This document shows positions 29,021-39,703 of a DNA stretch of 61,976 bases, in pieces. The notes beneath the pieces are model-generated. The model was not told where the DNA came from and searched no databases. It worked only from the letters and a program-made list of their open reading frames with translations. Positions within the stretch are counted from its first letter, which is position 1. Each line of letters begins with the position of its first letter. Origin of the DNA: Candidatus Bathyarchaeia archaeon (GTDB lineage: Archaea > Thermoproteota > Bathyarchaeia > Bathyarchaeales > Bathycorpusculaceae); contig JAVZLS010000008.1 of the NCBI GenBank assembly GCA_038883715.1, positions 1-61,976 on the forward strand, in the 5' to 3' direction. The position numbers and the translations under genes were made by a program.

Positions 29021-29530
29021 ATGGCTAGGGAGAAAGACGAAATGCGCTCAGATTACGCCTTATATACGGTAGCCATAATATTCTTCATAATAACCGGAAT
29101 TGTGTTCGCCGTCCAAATAGATCAAACATACAAATCTCTTGGAATTATCGCAACCTCAGTGCTGGGGATTTTCTTCATCGGGCTAGGCTACACTCAAAGA
29201 CCAAAAGCAAAAGTTCAAACAGTGGCTGCACCACCACTTCCGCCCCCGCCTCCAACCCAACCTGTTCAACCCGTACAGCCATCTCCAGCTCCAACACCAA
29301 CGGTAGCGGTTGAGGAAAAGGTTGTGGAGGTAGCCCCTACTGGGACGCCATTAACTAAGGTTAAGGGTATAGGCGAAAAAAGGTCGGAGCAGCTTAAAGC
29401 CTTGGGCATAAACACTGTTGAGGAACTTGCCAAAGCATCAGCAAAAGAGCTAGCCTTAAAACTTAAGATTTCGCCGAAAATAACGCAGAGATGGATTGAA
29501 AACGCCAAAAGGCTGACTGAAAAATCCTGA
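29021..29530 (+). CDS. Two-TM protein with Pro-rich linker and C-terminal helix-hairpin-helix domain
   Basis: Two N-terminal TMs; PPPPPTQPVQP linker; LTKVKGIGEKRSEQLKALGINTVEELA. Confidence 0.8.
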   Translation: MAREKDEMRSDYALYTVAIIFFIITGIVFAVQIDQTYKSLGIIATSVLGIFFIGLGYTQRPKAKVQTVAAPPLPPPPPTQPVQPVQPSPAPTPTVAVEEKVVEVAPTGTPLTKVKGIGEKRSEQLKALGINTVEELAKASAKELALKLKISPKITQRWIENAKRLTEKS

Positions 29531-29555
29531 GAAGACGAAGCCTCAAAGCAGTGTT

Positions 29556-29831
29556 TCATATTCTTAAGATTTTTACTATATTCCTTCTCTCCAGCCTTTT
29601 TATGGCATCTAAAAACTCGCTACGCTTCTTCCCAGACAACTTGAAACTTTGAAGCATATCCGTCAGGGGCGTCCCAGGCTTTCCAAGCCCAGCTTTTTCT
29701 TTATGGAGATGTTTAACTATTAGCCTCTCAAGTTTTCCACATCGCCAAGTAGTGTTGCGGATAAGCACAACAATTGCCCTTCTAAACCTTCCCCTATCCT
29801 TCTTCTGCTCTTCCTTCAAGTCCATCCTCAC
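29556..29831 (-). CDS. Basic hypothetical protein (possible winged-helix)
   Basis: 91 aa, SD-like GGTGAGG upstream, ends AIKRLERRNIVKI. Confidence 0.6.
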   Translation of the reverse strand: MRMDLKEEQKKDRGRFRRAIVVLIRNTTWRCGKLERLIVKHLHKEKAGLGKPGTPLTDMLQSFKLSGKKRSEFLDAIKRLERRNIVKILRI

Positions 29832-29934
29832 CTTAAAATTAGAGCGTTGATACTTTTAGAGTTTACGTTGCCGGCCAGAAACCCATATATCTTTAAGTGT
29901 TCAACGATGTTAGCCTAAACCGAGGCTGAATGCT

Positions 29935-30360
29935 ATGCTGGAGGGAAAAATCGGAAGAGTAATTTTCTCACGAATACTTGAGGGGGAAGATTTGGCAGAA
30001 GCCATCAAACAAAGGGCTGAAAAAAGCGGAGTAAAAGCAGGCCTAATAGTTGCTATTGGAAGCCTAAAAACGGCTGTGCTTGGCTATTATAAAGAGGGCG
30101 AATACAAATATATTCGGTTAGGCGGCCCGTTGGAGATTGCCTCATGCATTGGAAACATTGCCATAGATGAGAAGAGCGAAACAATAATTCATGCACATAT
30201 TGTTGTCACGGATGAGGGGGGCAAAGCTTTCGGCGGCCATTTAATGCAAGGCTCGGTTGTGGGCGCCACAGCAGAGTTAGCCATAATTGAGGGTTTAGGC
30301 TTAAACTTGCAGAGAGCTTTCGACGAGAAGACGAAGCTTAAGCTTTTAAGGTTGGACTAA
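29935..30360 (+). CDS. PPC/DUF296 domain protein
   Basis: GEDL; AIGSL; EIASCIGNI; HAHIV; FGGHL. Confidence 0.92.
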   Translation: MLEGKIGRVIFSRILEGEDLAEAIKQRAEKSGVKAGLIVAIGSLKTAVLGYYKEGEYKYIRLGGPLEIASCIGNIAIDEKSETIIHAHIVVTDEGGKAFGGHLMQGSVVGATAELAIIEGLGLNLQRAFDEKTKLKLLRLD

Positions 30361-30810
30361 CGCCTTTTCCAAGAGTATTCCGTGGGCATCTCCATAATAG
30401 TAATGGAGCTTTCCAACTTTTTTATAACCGAGCTTTTGGTAAAGGCTTAATGCCGCGACGTTGTCCTCCCTAACCTCCAAACGGGAAACCTTCACTTGTT
30501 TATCCTTGAAAATTTTCTCCAATTCTTGTAGTAATTTGATTCCTACACCTTTGCGGCGGTGGCTTGGGGAAACATCTATGGTCAATATGTGCCCGGTTAA
30601 GATGTTGTCTTCAACATAGACCATTCCGATGATGAAGCCTATTATTTTGTCGTTCTCTTTCGCGATTAGGCTTATGCAGTTCTGGTTTTGGAGTAGTTGG
30701 GCTATCTGTTGTTTTGTGAAGGCTTCGCTTTTAAAGCATTCCATTTCAATTTCAAAAAGTCTGTCCAAATGCGTTATCGAGGCGTCTTCGATTTTTACCG
30801 TCGTCGACAC
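30346..30810 (-). CDS. rimI: RimI-like GNAT N-acetyltransferase
   Basis: GHILTIDVSPSHRRKGVG; LEVREDNVAALSLYQKLGY; YY. Confidence 0.85.
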   Translation of the reverse strand: MSTTVKIEDASITHLDRLFEIEMECFKSEAFTKQQIAQLLQNQNCISLIAKENDKIIGFIIGMVYVEDNILTGHILTIDVSPSHRRKGVGIKLLQELEKIFKDKQVKVSRLEVREDNVAALSLYQKLGYKKVGKLHYYYGDAHGILLEKALVQP

Positions 30811-30839
30811 CTTTAATTTAACAGAGGGATAGGCTGAAT

Positions 30840-31925
30840 TTAGCCTTTATCAGTTTTAACAGTCTTAAGCGACGCCTTTATTGCTGATATTTCAATCCAT
30901 TGTTGGATGGCAAATCCAACGAAGAACTTTAGCCAAAGCGACAAAATCCTAGTGAGGATTGTTGCTGTTGCACTCACATCGAAAGGTATGCCCAAAACCA
31001 CGTAAAGTGTCGTCATAGTTATCTCTGGCACCCCGACCTCAAAAGGCACACCTATGGGAATAGATTTTATAGCCAATGTTATAGACTGTGTCACGAAAAT
31101 TATGCCTATCATGTTTAAGAATGAGTTTTCAAAACCCAATGATAGAAAAACCAGGTAGCAGATAGTCAAGTAAGAGAGCCACGAAAGCGTGGTCAATAAT
31201 ATGGAGGTTAGAACAACTTTTGGCGCGTGGGCATATTCCTTCATTGAATCATGAAAAGTTCCAACAATTCTGAAGGCATCTTCCCTAGCCTTCGCCAACT
31301 TCGGTTTCCATCGACCTTTGCCAACGAATTCAAAAATTTTGATTAGGCGGTCTATGATTTTCAAGGTCCAATTTATTTTGACGCATAAAATGATAAGCAA
31401 AATGATGAAGAAGACGGTTGCCCCGGTGACGAAGACGCTTAAATTAAAAATTAGCGGGTTAATGGGCGCCATTAGAAGCATTATTGTTCCAATTCCGATT
31501 GTTGCGGCGCCAACCCCCATGCCTATTAGCCTATGAGTTACTAGGGATGCGGCAACCTTGCCGCTCACGTCGTTTCCTTGCTCGCGAATGATTAGGTATG
31601 CCCTTGAAATTTCCCCGCTTATGGATTCCGCTGGTATGATGATGTCTATAAAGTTTCCATACCATACGTAAAGGTAGGATTTCAGAATTGAAATTTTCAA
31701 TGAAAGAAATTTTAGCAGAGTGTGCCAAGCCGTTGAGTAAAGAAGCATCTCGACGAAGATGAGTAAAGCAGCCAGCAAATAAAGGGGCATGTTTGCCCTC
31801 TGAATCTTTGCGATGATTTCTGGTATGTCCACACGGAAGATGAAAAGATATAGGATAAAGGCTATTATGCCAATAAAGAGCATGATTAGGGTTTTCCATG
31901 TAATCTTTGGTTTGGCGGAGGCCAT
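30840..31925 (-). CDS. Flippase-like UPF0104 / lysylphosphatidylglycerol synthase TM-domain protein
   Basis: About 8 TM; IIPAESISGEISRAY; GVPEITM; TILTR. Confidence 0.82.
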   Translation of the reverse strand: MASAKPKITWKTLIMLFIGIIAFILYLFIFRVDIPEIIAKIQRANMPLYLLAALLIFVEMLLYSTAWHTLLKFLSLKISILKSYLYVWYGNFIDIIIPAESISGEISRAYLIIREQGNDVSGKVAASLVTHRLIGMGVGAATIGIGTIMLLMAPINPLIFNLSVFVTGATVFFIILLIILCVKINWTLKIIDRLIKIFEFVGKGRWKPKLAKAREDAFRIVGTFHDSMKEYAHAPKVVLTSILLTTLSWLSYLTICYLVFLSLGFENSFLNMIGIIFVTQSITLAIKSIPIGVPFEVGVPEITMTTLYVVLGIPFDVSATATILTRILSLWLKFFVGFAIQQWIEISAIKASLKTVKTDKG

Positions 31926-32054
31926 TTGCCTTTACATCTCAATGACGCAGAAAAGCCTCTAGCCACATTATATATTTTACCCAACTTCGTGTTTGACAGG
32001 CTTCAGCAACTTCAAAATAGATCTTAAACCATAACATATGTTGTTGGTGTTTGC

Positions 32055-32965
32055 ATGAATTTGAAGGGTGTCCACTTTCTCCTTACATATCGATGTGATG
32101 TTGAATGTGACCACTGCTTTGTTTGGGGAAGCCCAAACGCTAAGGGAACATTCACTTTCAAAAAGGTTAGCGAAATATTAGAAGAGGCCAGAAAAATCAG
32201 CTCGGTGAGCTATATCTCGATAGAGGGTGGCGAACCGTTCCTCTATTATCCAATAATGGTTAAAACTGTTAAAAGAAGTGTTGAGCTGGGCTTGCATGTT
32301 GAGGTTCTTTCGAACTGTTATTGGGCTACTTGCGTTGAAGACGCTGTTGAGTGGCTTCTGCCAATTGCAGAGGCAAAGGATGTAGAGTTAAGCCTAAGTA
32401 GCGACCCATATCATGGCGAGGGATGGATAACGGAAGAGGTTAAAAACGCTGTTAATGCCGCAAAAGCCCTAAACATGAAGGTTGGAATAATGGCTATTAA
32501 GTGCCCATATGCAGAGGCGCCATGTCCCACGGAGGTTGATGGAGTAAAAGTTGGCTTGTACGAGCTTATGTATCGTGGTAGGGCATGTTCCAAATTGGCG
32601 GATAAGGCGATAAGCGATGTTGGCGTGAATTTACAAAATGTCCCTATGAGGATTTTGTGAATCAGGAAAGGGTTCACATAGACCCCTTAGGGTATGTGCA
32701 TGTTTGCCAAGGAATATCCATAGGGAATGCCTGGCAAAAACCATTATCAAAGATAGTTGGGGAATACGACCCTTACGCTAATCCTATACTTGAGCCGCTG
32801 ATTCGTGGCGGTCCAGTGGCGCTTGTTGAAAAGTACAACTTGCCCCATGACGAGTTTTATGCGGATGCGTGCCACTTATGCTACACTGCGCGGCAAATGT
32901 TACGGGAAAAGTTTCCAGAGGTGCTGGCTCCAGACCAGATGTACGGGGAAGGCTTAAATGGCTAA
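32055..32965 (+). pseudogene. Radical SAM protein split by a 1-bp frameshift near 32610
   Basis: CDVECDHC and EGGEPFL in ORF 32055-32660; the other frame from about 32612 reads KRCWREFTKCPYEDFVNQERVHIDPLGYVHVCQG..CHLC, a SPASM-like C-terminus. Confidence 0.8.
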
Positions 32966-32996
32966 AGCCTAAAATGCCTAGCCTAGTGATGTCCAG

Positions 32997-33551
32997 ATGC
33001 TTAGGCGCGAGGAAGCCCTAAACCTTGTTAAACAACACATTTCTAAAAGGAACATCATTTACCACATGCTTGCTGTTGAAGCTATAATGCGAAGCCTTGC
33101 AAGACATTTTGGAGAAAATGAGGAAAAATGGGGTTTGGTTGGCTTAATCCACGACATCGATTATGAAAAAACAGAAGCCACGCCAGAGAAGCACAGCCTA
33201 ATTGCCGAGCAACTGCTTAAAGACTTTTTGCCCGAAGAACTTTTGAGGGCGATAAAAGCCCACAACTTTAGGTATACCGGCGTAAAACCTGAAAGCCGAA
33301 TGGAGAAAGCCCTAATCGCCAGCGACGCCCTTTCAGGCTTGCTGGTGGCTTGCGCCCTTGTAATGCCTTCCAAAAAGTTAGCAGAAGTGAAAGTGGAAAC
33401 GGTTGCGAAAAAGTTTAAGGATAAGGACTTTGCCCGGGGCGCTGAAAGGGAAAGAATCCTGCTCTGCGAGGAGATTGGGCTTCAGAGGGAGCGGTTCTTT
33501 GAAATAGCCTTAAACGGGCTAAAGGAGATAGCCAAAGAAATAGGTCTGTAA
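32997..33551 (+). CDS. HDIG-domain metal-dependent phosphohydrolase
   Basis: HMLAVEAIM; GLIHDIDYE; AIKAHN; KKFKDKDFARG. Confidence 0.9.
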   Translation: MLRREEALNLVKQHISKRNIIYHMLAVEAIMRSLARHFGENEEKWGLVGLIHDIDYEKTEATPEKHSLIAEQLLKDFLPEELLRAIKAHNFRYTGVKPESRMEKALIASDALSGLLVACALVMPSKKLAEVKVETVAKKFKDKDFARGAERERILLCEEIGLQRERFFEIALNGLKEIAKEIGL

Positions 33552-33554
33552 ATC

Positions 33555-35210
33555 CTAGAATTCGGGTTTGGTTTTTCCAAGCTTCTTGTCCAAGCAAGCC
33601 TTAACAAAGCCATAATATTCTGGGTCTGGCTTTCCCGGGCGGCTTTTGAATTCTCCATGGAATTGAGAGGCAAAAAAGAAGAAATGGTTTAGCAACTCTA
33701 GGATTTCCATCCTTCTCCCGTCGGGGCTTCTTCCAGAAAAAACTAAGCCATGCTTTTCCAGCTTCTCCGCATAATCCATGTTAACTTCGAATCTATGGCG
33801 GTGGCGTTCATAAATCTCTACGCTTTTGTAGAGCGCATACGCCATAGTGTTCGGTTTTATGACTATTTTGTGGGCGCCTAGGCGCATTGTTGCACCCTTG
33901 TACTCTATGCCTCTTTGTTCTGGCATTAGGTCTATCACTGGATGGGGCGTGTTGGGGTCTATTTCTGTGCTGTTTGCTTTTTCTAATCCGCAGACGTTTC
34001 TGGCGAACTCAACAACGGCTAACTGGAAGCCGTAACATATGCCTAGAAATGGAATGTCATTTTCTCTTGCAAATTTTATTGCCATGATTTTTCCTTCAGT
34101 TCCCCTTGGACCAAAACCGTAGGGAACAAAGATTCCGTCATAATCCTTTAACATTTGAACCTTGTTGGGATTTTTCTCGAAGGTTTCAGCCTCAATATAG
34201 TGGATGCCCACTTTTGTTTTACATGCTGCACCGCCATGACGCAGCGCCTCACTCATGCTTACATAGCTGTCAGCTAATCCGGCATATTTGCCAACCAAGG
34301 CTATTTTAACTTCATGTTCCGGGTTTAGCACAGCGTCAACAAATTCTTTCCAATCTTCAAAGTTTGGCTTGCGTTCTGGGAGCCCGAGCCTCTTGCATAT
34401 GAAGTTGCCCATTCCCTGCTCGTCGAGGATTAGCGGAACTTGATATATGGATTCAACGTTGTATGAGCAGAAAACGGCGTTTTCTGGAATTGTGCCGAAC
34501 AAGGCTATTTTTCTTAAAGCTTCTGAATCTATCATTTTGGAGCATCTTGCAACTATTATGTCGGGTTGTATGCCGATGCGCCGCAGCTCGTTGACGCTGT
34601 GCTGTAATGGTTTCGTCTTCATTTCTTTAGTAACGTCTAATATTGGGACTAGGGCGACATGCACATACAAAGTGTTTTCATAGCCCTCTTCAAGGCGCAT
34701 CTGCCTTATAGCCTCAAGGAAGGGTAAGCCTTCAATGTCGCCAACTGTTCCGCCAACCTCTGTCAGAGCCACGTCAACCTTAGCATTCAAAGCCACACTT
34801 CTTATGCGGCTTTTTATCTCATTAGTCACGTGGGGCACTATTTGGACGCATCTTCCAAGGAAGTCGCCCCGCCTCTCCTTTTCAATAACAGCCTTGTAAA
34901 CAATGCCAGTAGTGATATTATTCTCCCTTTTCAGGTCTAGGTCTAGGAAACGTTCATACCAGCCCAAGTCTAGGTCTGTTTCCCCACCGTCGTCCGTCAC
35001 GTAGACCTCGCCGTGCATGTAAGGGTTCATGGTTCCAGCATCAACATTCACGTAAGGGTCAATTTTTATGGCTGTGACCCTAAACCCTCTGGCTTGAAGC
35101 ATTTTTCCAATGGATGATGTTACAATACCTTTACCAACAGAGCTTAAGACGCCGCCTGTCACAAAAATGTATTTGACCATGCACTTTGCCCCTTGCAATA
35201 ACAAAACCAT
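33555..35210 (-). CDS. pyrG: CTP synthase
   Basis: [16 protein letters not shown]; [10 protein letters not shown]; KTKPLQHSV; GICYG; SQFHGEF; likely start ATG 35180. Confidence 0.98.
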   Translation of the reverse strand: MVLLLQGAKCMVKYIFVTGGVLSSVGKGIVTSSIGKMLQARGFRVTAIKIDPYVNVDAGTMNPYMHGEVYVTDDGGETDLDLGWYERFLDLDLKRENNITTGIVYKAVIEKERRGDFLGRCVQIVPHVTNEIKSRIRSVALNAKVDVALTEVGGTVGDIEGLPFLEAIRQMRLEEGYENTLYVHVALVPILDVTKEMKTKPLQHSVNELRRIGIQPDIIVARCSKMIDSEALRKIALFGTIPENAVFCSYNVESIYQVPLILDEQGMGNFICKRLGLPERKPNFEDWKEFVDAVLNPEHEVKIALVGKYAGLADSYVSMSEALRHGGAACKTKVGIHYIEAETFEKNPNKVQMLKDYDGIFVPYGFGPRGTEGKIMAIKFARENDIPFLGICYGFQLAVVEFARNVCGLEKANSTEIDPNTPHPVIDLMPEQRGIEYKGATMRLGAHKIVIKPNTMAYALYKSVEIYERHRHRFEVNMDYAEKLEKHGLVFSGRSPDGRRMEILELLNHFFFFASQFHGEFKSRPGKPDPEYYGFVKACLDKKLGKTKPEF

Positions 35211-35301
35211 AAGCCTCGCATCTGCTTTTAAATTTATTCTCGCATGTTCCGCCTAACCTTTTATTTCGTAAAAGTAATTAGTTAAGTGGAGAAAACGGGC
35301 G

Positions 35302-35931
35302 ATGGCGGCTAAAAAGCGTCCCAGCGTTGTCTATTGGCTTGGAGAGAACCTATACCTAAACATAACAAACGAGTGCTCCAACAACTGTTACTTCTGTCTA
35401 AGGAATTTCCGCAACGGCGTGGGAGGCTTCAACCTAAAACTTGAAAAAGAGCCAGCTGTCAGCGAAATAATCGCAGAGCTTGAAAATGTCATAAATTGGC
35501 GGAATTGGCGTGAAATTGTTTTCTGCGGTTTCGGAGAGCCTCTAATGAGGCTTGACTGCGTTTTGGAAGTTAGCCGATGGATAAGGAGGCATTATGGAAA
35601 AATTGTGACATTGAGGGTGGACACGAACGGTCAAGCCCTCCTGCTTAATGAGGGGCGAGAGGTTGTTGAAGAGCTGAAGATGGCTGGCGTTGACAAGGTA
35701 AGCGTTAGCCTAAACGCCCACGACAGGGAAACCTACAACCAAGTCTGCAAACCAACATTCGAAAATGCATTTGAAAGCGTCATAGAATTCGTTAAGAAGG
35801 CAAAGAAGCTTCTAGACGTGGAAATAACAGCCGTTAGGATACCGGAAGTTGATATCCAAAAAGTGGAGGAAATCGCGAGGCAGATGGGTGTAAAATTTAG
35901 GGTTAGGGAATACATCCAACCCTTCTGGTAG
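35302..35931 (+). CDS. TatD-associated-type radical SAM protein
   Basis: LYLNITNECSNNCYFCLR; VFCGFGEP; RVDTNG; VSVSLNA. Confidence 0.88.
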   Translation: MAAKKRPSVVYWLGENLYLNITNECSNNCYFCLRNFRNGVGGFNLKLEKEPAVSEIIAELENVINWRNWREIVFCGFGEPLMRLDCVLEVSRWIRRHYGKIVTLRVDTNGQALLLNEGREVVEELKMAGVDKVSVSLNAHDRETYNQVCKPTFENAFESVIEFVKKAKKLLDVEITAVRIPEVDIQKVEEIARQMGVKFRVREYIQPFW

Positions 35932-35933
35932 CT

Positions 35934-36332
35934 TCACCCTTCAGCTTGTCTTATAATGGATTTTATCTGTTCCGCCTTAAGCGGCAGACTGTGAAGGGTT
36001 TTACCGCTAAGCCTCAAGTCTTTTATGAAAGTCTCTCTAACGGGTAGTGGTCTTTCAAATCTTACAATGTATTTGAATTCGAGGGCTTTACACCACCCGT
36101 ATGTTTCGCATTCCCTCCGCTCTTCTTCTGAAAGCTCCTCTTTCTCGTAAACGTTTTCAATTACGCCATAGCCAATAAAGGAGTCGCCGAACTCCATTCT
36201 TCCAATAAACAATATTGTCTGTCCAGCCTTCCATTTTCTCCGCGCTCCAGTGTAGTACATGGCTGAGTCAAAAACCCTTTCAATCCACTCTTTTTTAGCT
36301 ATCCTTAAAATGTAGCCTTCAGCCTCAACCAT
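35934..36332 (-). CDS. EVE/PUA-like domain protein
   Basis: W..GQTILF...FIGYGVI..V; F..IVRFERPLP pattern. Confidence 0.55.
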   Translation of the reverse strand: MVEAEGYILRIAKKEWIERVFDSAMYYTGARRKWKAGQTILFIGRMEFGDSFIGYGVIENVYEKEELSEEERRECETYGWCKALEFKYIVRFERPLPVRETFIKDLRLSGKTLHSLPLKAEQIKSIIRQAEG

Positions 36333-36354
36333 GCCCCAGTCACTGTTTGCAGCT

Positions 36355-37392
36355 TTATGGCTGTATGGCTATTTTTATTTCGTTTTTCGAAGTGGCCAGT
36401 ATTTGAAAGGCTTCCACTATCTTATCTAAGGGCATTCTCCGCGTTATGAGGGGTGCCACGTTGATGGATTTTGAGGCTATAAGGTTTAAGGCTTTCCTAA
36501 AGTGCATAGGCGTCGCATGAAAAGTGCCCAGAACCGTGACTTCCCCATAATGAAGCTTTTCAGCGTTAAACCGCACCTCTGTTCCAGGTGGACATCCGCC
36601 AAATTCTAGGACTGTTCCGCCCTTCCTTACAAGCTTTAGGGCTTGCTCCCATGTGGCTGGTTGTCCGATAGCCTCAATAACGGCGTCTGCTCCATAACCG
36701 ACCGTTGCCCTACGAACAGCCTCTTCAACATTTTCCTTTCCAGCGTTTATGATTTCGTCTGCTCCAAGCTTTTTGGCGAATTCTAGCCTCTCATCAACTA
36801 GGTCTATCATTATGACCTTTTCAGCTCCCATTTTCTTAACGGTTAGAAGGTGCAGAAGTCCAATGGGTCCAGCGCCGATGATTGCCACAGAGTCGCCGAG
36901 CTTAACTCTGGCTTCTTCCACCCCATGAAGCACGCATGCTAGCGGCTCTGTTATGGCAGCCTCTTCATAAGAAATGTTTGGTGGGATTTCTTGCATATTG
37001 ACGCGAACCATGTGGGCTGGAACCTTAATGTATTCAGCGTAGGCTCCCCAAAGCCAAATCATGTTCTCACAAAGATTGTACTTGCCTTTGCCGCACATGA
37101 AACAGCGAAGGCACGGGGCACTGTTGCCAGCGCGAACCCTCATGCCCTTCCTAGGCCATTCCAACCCTTCGCCAACTTCAACGACTTCGCCAGCCCATTC
37201 ATGCCCAAAAACTGTTGGAAGCTTTATCACCTTTTCAACGTAGCCCCGCTGGAAAATTTTTAGGTCTGTGCCGCATGTTGTCGCCGCCCTAACCCGCACA
37301 AGGACTTCGCCAACGCCTACCTTTGGAGTTTCCACATCCTCGACTCTTAGGTCTTTAACGCCGTAAAGCATGGCTGCCTTCATAATCTTCAC
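36355..37392 (-). CDS. Zinc-dependent medium-chain dehydrogenase (sorbitol/threonine DH-like)
   Basis: CGTD; GHEWAG; CLRCFMC..C; GAGPIG. Confidence 0.92.
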   Translation of the reverse strand: MKIMKAAMLYGVKDLRVEDVETPKVGVGEVLVRVRAATTCGTDLKIFQRGYVEKVIKLPTVFGHEWAGEVVEVGEGLEWPRKGMRVRAGNSAPCLRCFMCGKGKYNLCENMIWLWGAYAEYIKVPAHMVRVNMQEIPPNISYEEAAITEPLACVLHGVEEARVKLGDSVAIIGAGPIGLLHLLTVKKMGAEKVIMIDLVDERLEFAKKLGADEIINAGKENVEEAVRRATVGYGADAVIEAIGQPATWEQALKLVRKGGTVLEFGGCPPGTEVRFNAEKLHYGEVTVLGTFHATPMHFRKALNLIASKSINVAPLITRRMPLDKIVEAFQILATSKNEIKIAIQP

Positions 37393-38414
37393 CTGCCCAG
37401 CACGATGACCTTTAGGCTCTCTTTATCCTCCAAAGCTGTTTTAAAGGCTTTGGCAGTTTCCTCAAGCGGGAAGCGATGAGTTATCAAATCCTTCACACGT
37501 ATCTTTCTAGACTTAATCAGCTCTAGGGCTTCCCTAGTTTCCACGTGGGAAGTCGAATAGGAGGGAATTATCCGCAATTCGCTAAAGAAAAGCTGTTTTG
37601 GACTTACCTCCAAAATTTTCCCAGGGTCCGTTGGGGCAAAAACGCAGAGTTTTCCGCCCTTTCTGCATATACTCAAACCAGTCTTATAGGCTTCTAGACT
37701 TGGAGCTGTGACAATTGTTAGGTCAACGCCCCTACCATCGGTTTCTTTTCTCACAACCGCAGCCAAATCTTCATTTAATGGATTAACAACAACGTCAGCT
37801 CCGAATCTTTCGGCAATTTTCAAGCGGAAGTCAACCAAGTCGCTTACAATTACCTTTCCAGCGCCATAAATCTTGGCTAAAGCTGTGTGGATTATGCCTG
37901 TGGTCCCCGCACCTATCACAGCGATGGTGTCGTCCTTCCGAATCCCACATTTTTTAATGGCTCTTATGCAACAGCCCACAGGTTCAATAAGGGTGGCTTC
38001 TTCAAAGGACAGGCTTTTGGGGATTTTAAGCGTATCCAATTGGAGGTTTGGGGCTGGAACCTTGAAGTATTCAGCGAATCCTCCGGGAACAATGTTTGTT
38101 TTGTGAAACTGCTCGCATAGGGTGTAGTCTCCATGCTGACAGTAGTGGCATTTTAAACATGCAACGTGATGATGAACAAAAACTCTGTCGCTCACATCAA
38201 AATTTTTAACATTTTTGCCCTTCTCAACAACAACGCCAGACGGCTCGTGTCCAAGAACCAATGGGGCGCGATTTTTCAGATACCAATCCATCAAATCTGA
38301 GCCGCAGATTCCACAAGCCCTCATCTCAACCAGAGCTTCATCATCGCCGATTTGGGGAATGGGCATTTCCTCGATTCTAATGTCTGATTGGCTATAATAA
38401 ACGGCGGCTTTCAT
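37389..38414 (-). CDS. Zinc-dependent medium-chain dehydrogenase (sorbitol/threonine DH-like)
   Basis: CGICGSD; GHEPSG; CLKCHYC..C; GAGTTG. Confidence 0.92.
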   Translation of the reverse strand: MKAAVYYSQSDIRIEEMPIPQIGDDEALVEMRACGICGSDLMDWYLKNRAPLVLGHEPSGVVVEKGKNVKNFDVSDRVFVHHHVACLKCHYCQHGDYTLCEQFHKTNIVPGGFAEYFKVPAPNLQLDTLKIPKSLSFEEATLIEPVGCCIRAIKKCGIRKDDTIAVIGAGTTGIIHTALAKIYGAGKVIVSDLVDFRLKIAERFGADVVVNPLNEDLAAVVRKETDGRGVDLTIVTAPSLEAYKTGLSICRKGGKLCVFAPTDPGKILEVSPKQLFFSELRIIPSYSTSHVETREALELIKSRKIRVKDLITHRFPLEETAKAFKTALEDKESLKVIVLGR

Positions 38415-38543
38415 TTTGACTCAATGGTTTCACGGCTTCCAGAACACTTAAGACTTTTGCAAATCATTAGTAAGGCATCATATCGCTTTTATACCAGTGT
38501 TGAGAGTAGAATAGCCTTAAAGCGGATAAGTGGTGTATGAGAA

Positions 38544-38915
38544 ATGAAAATTGAGAAGGCAGAGCTTGTGGCATACATTCTCATAACTGTAGGCTTGCTT
38601 TTACTTGTCATAACCTTCATAATGGCTTATCTGAAACTTGAATCCGTTGTAAGCATAATAACATCCGGAAACATTTCAGAAGCTCTTGGACAGATTTTCG
38701 GACCAATAGTTGAGGCAGTGATCAAAATCATGTTTCTAGGCATAATGGGCTGGGTGGGCTCGATAGCAACAATGAGGGGCATACAGCTCTATAAAGAGGC
38801 AAAAACGAAGGTTGTTCCTCCAGCTCCTCCAAAACCTCAGCTACCACCCCAACAACCAGCACCACCGCCACCCGCCCCTCAGCCAACCCAACAAGCCCAG
38901 CCAACTAAAGCCTAA
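38544..38915 (+). CDS. Small membrane protein with Pro/Gln-rich tail
   Basis: Two TM segments, FLGIMGWVGS, C-terminal PPAPPKPQLPPQQPAPPPP. Confidence 0.75.
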   Translation: MKIEKAELVAYILITVGLLLLVITFIMAYLKLESVVSIITSGNISEALGQIFGPIVEAVIKIMFLGIMGWVGSIATMRGIQLYKEAKTKVVPPAPPKPQLPPQQPAPPPPAPQPTQQAQPTKA

Positions 38916-38947
38916 AAGAAGGCTTAATCAAGCAGAGGAGTCCAAGA

Positions 38948-39703
38948 TTGCGGCATACGGTTAAAGCCTTAAGATTAATAATTGTAGTTCTGTGGATAGC
39001 TGTTTTGCTTCTACCAGTCACCGTGGCTCTTTCATTATGGAAAATTTTTGAAGTAAGGGATAACGTACGCGTAGGAGAGCCTAGCCTCTCCGTGTCAAAT
39101 GGAAACTTTTCCATTTCAGTGCCCTTCTACATGAATAATGTGGGCTTTTATGATATTTCAGAATTATGTGTAAACATACGCATATACGATGGGAGCAAGG
39201 AAATTTTAGAATTTTCAACATCACCGCTGAATATTCCAGCTGGAAGAATGCTGGAGTCTAATTTGAGCGCTTCCGCCAACTTAACGGATATGCTTTCAAG
39301 GGATAGGGAACTCCTAACAAATAGTAAAGACTTGGATGTTGCCATTGCCTTACACTTCCGAGTGGCTTACGTACTAGCCTTCAACGTAGCCAGAAACTTT
39401 ACTTACAAGTGGGGTGCACCCTTCAGCAACTTAAACATATCCAATTTTAGTTTTGACGGAACGCGTGCATCTTTTCAGTTAAGCTTCTCTAACAATGCCT
39501 CCTTTCCGTTAAGTGGACCACTACGATTAGAGCTTTATAATCTTTCAAATAATCTGCTCAACTGGACAGTGCAGAATCTCATCGTACCCTCTAATGGACT
39601 TTATGAAAAACTGTTTGAGATACAATCTTCAGAATTACCCAGCACAATTCGCCTATACTTTGCGGATGTGCTAATCTGTGAAATGCCTTGGGGGTCTTCA
39701 TGA
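38948..39703 (+). CDS. Membrane-anchored hypothetical protein (beta-rich, many N-x-S/T sequons)
   Basis: N-terminal TM; VPFYMNNVGFYDI; WGAPFSN. Confidence 0.7.
   Translation: MRHTVKALRLIIVVLWIAVLLLPVTVALSLWKIFEVRDNVRVGEPSLSVSNGNFSISVPFYMNNVGFYDISELCVNIRIYDGSKEILEFSTSPLNIPAGRMLESNLSASANLTDMLSRDRELLTNSKDLDVAIALHFRVAYVLAFNVARNFTYKWGAPFSNLNISNFSFDGTRASFQLSFSNNASFPLSGPLRLELYNLSNNLLNWTVQNLIVPSNGLYEKLFEIQSSELPSTIRLYFADVLICEMPWGSS

Noticed and set aside
29230-29300. C-rich repetitive DNA (also 38815-38905)
   Set aside because: Simply encodes Pro/Gln-rich linkers; no repeat-spacer periodicity, so not CRISPR.
35302-35931. Radical SAM as the activase for the NrdD-like protein
   Set aside because: Matches the TatD-associated type, lies 12 kb away, and the NrdD-like protein has no target glycine.
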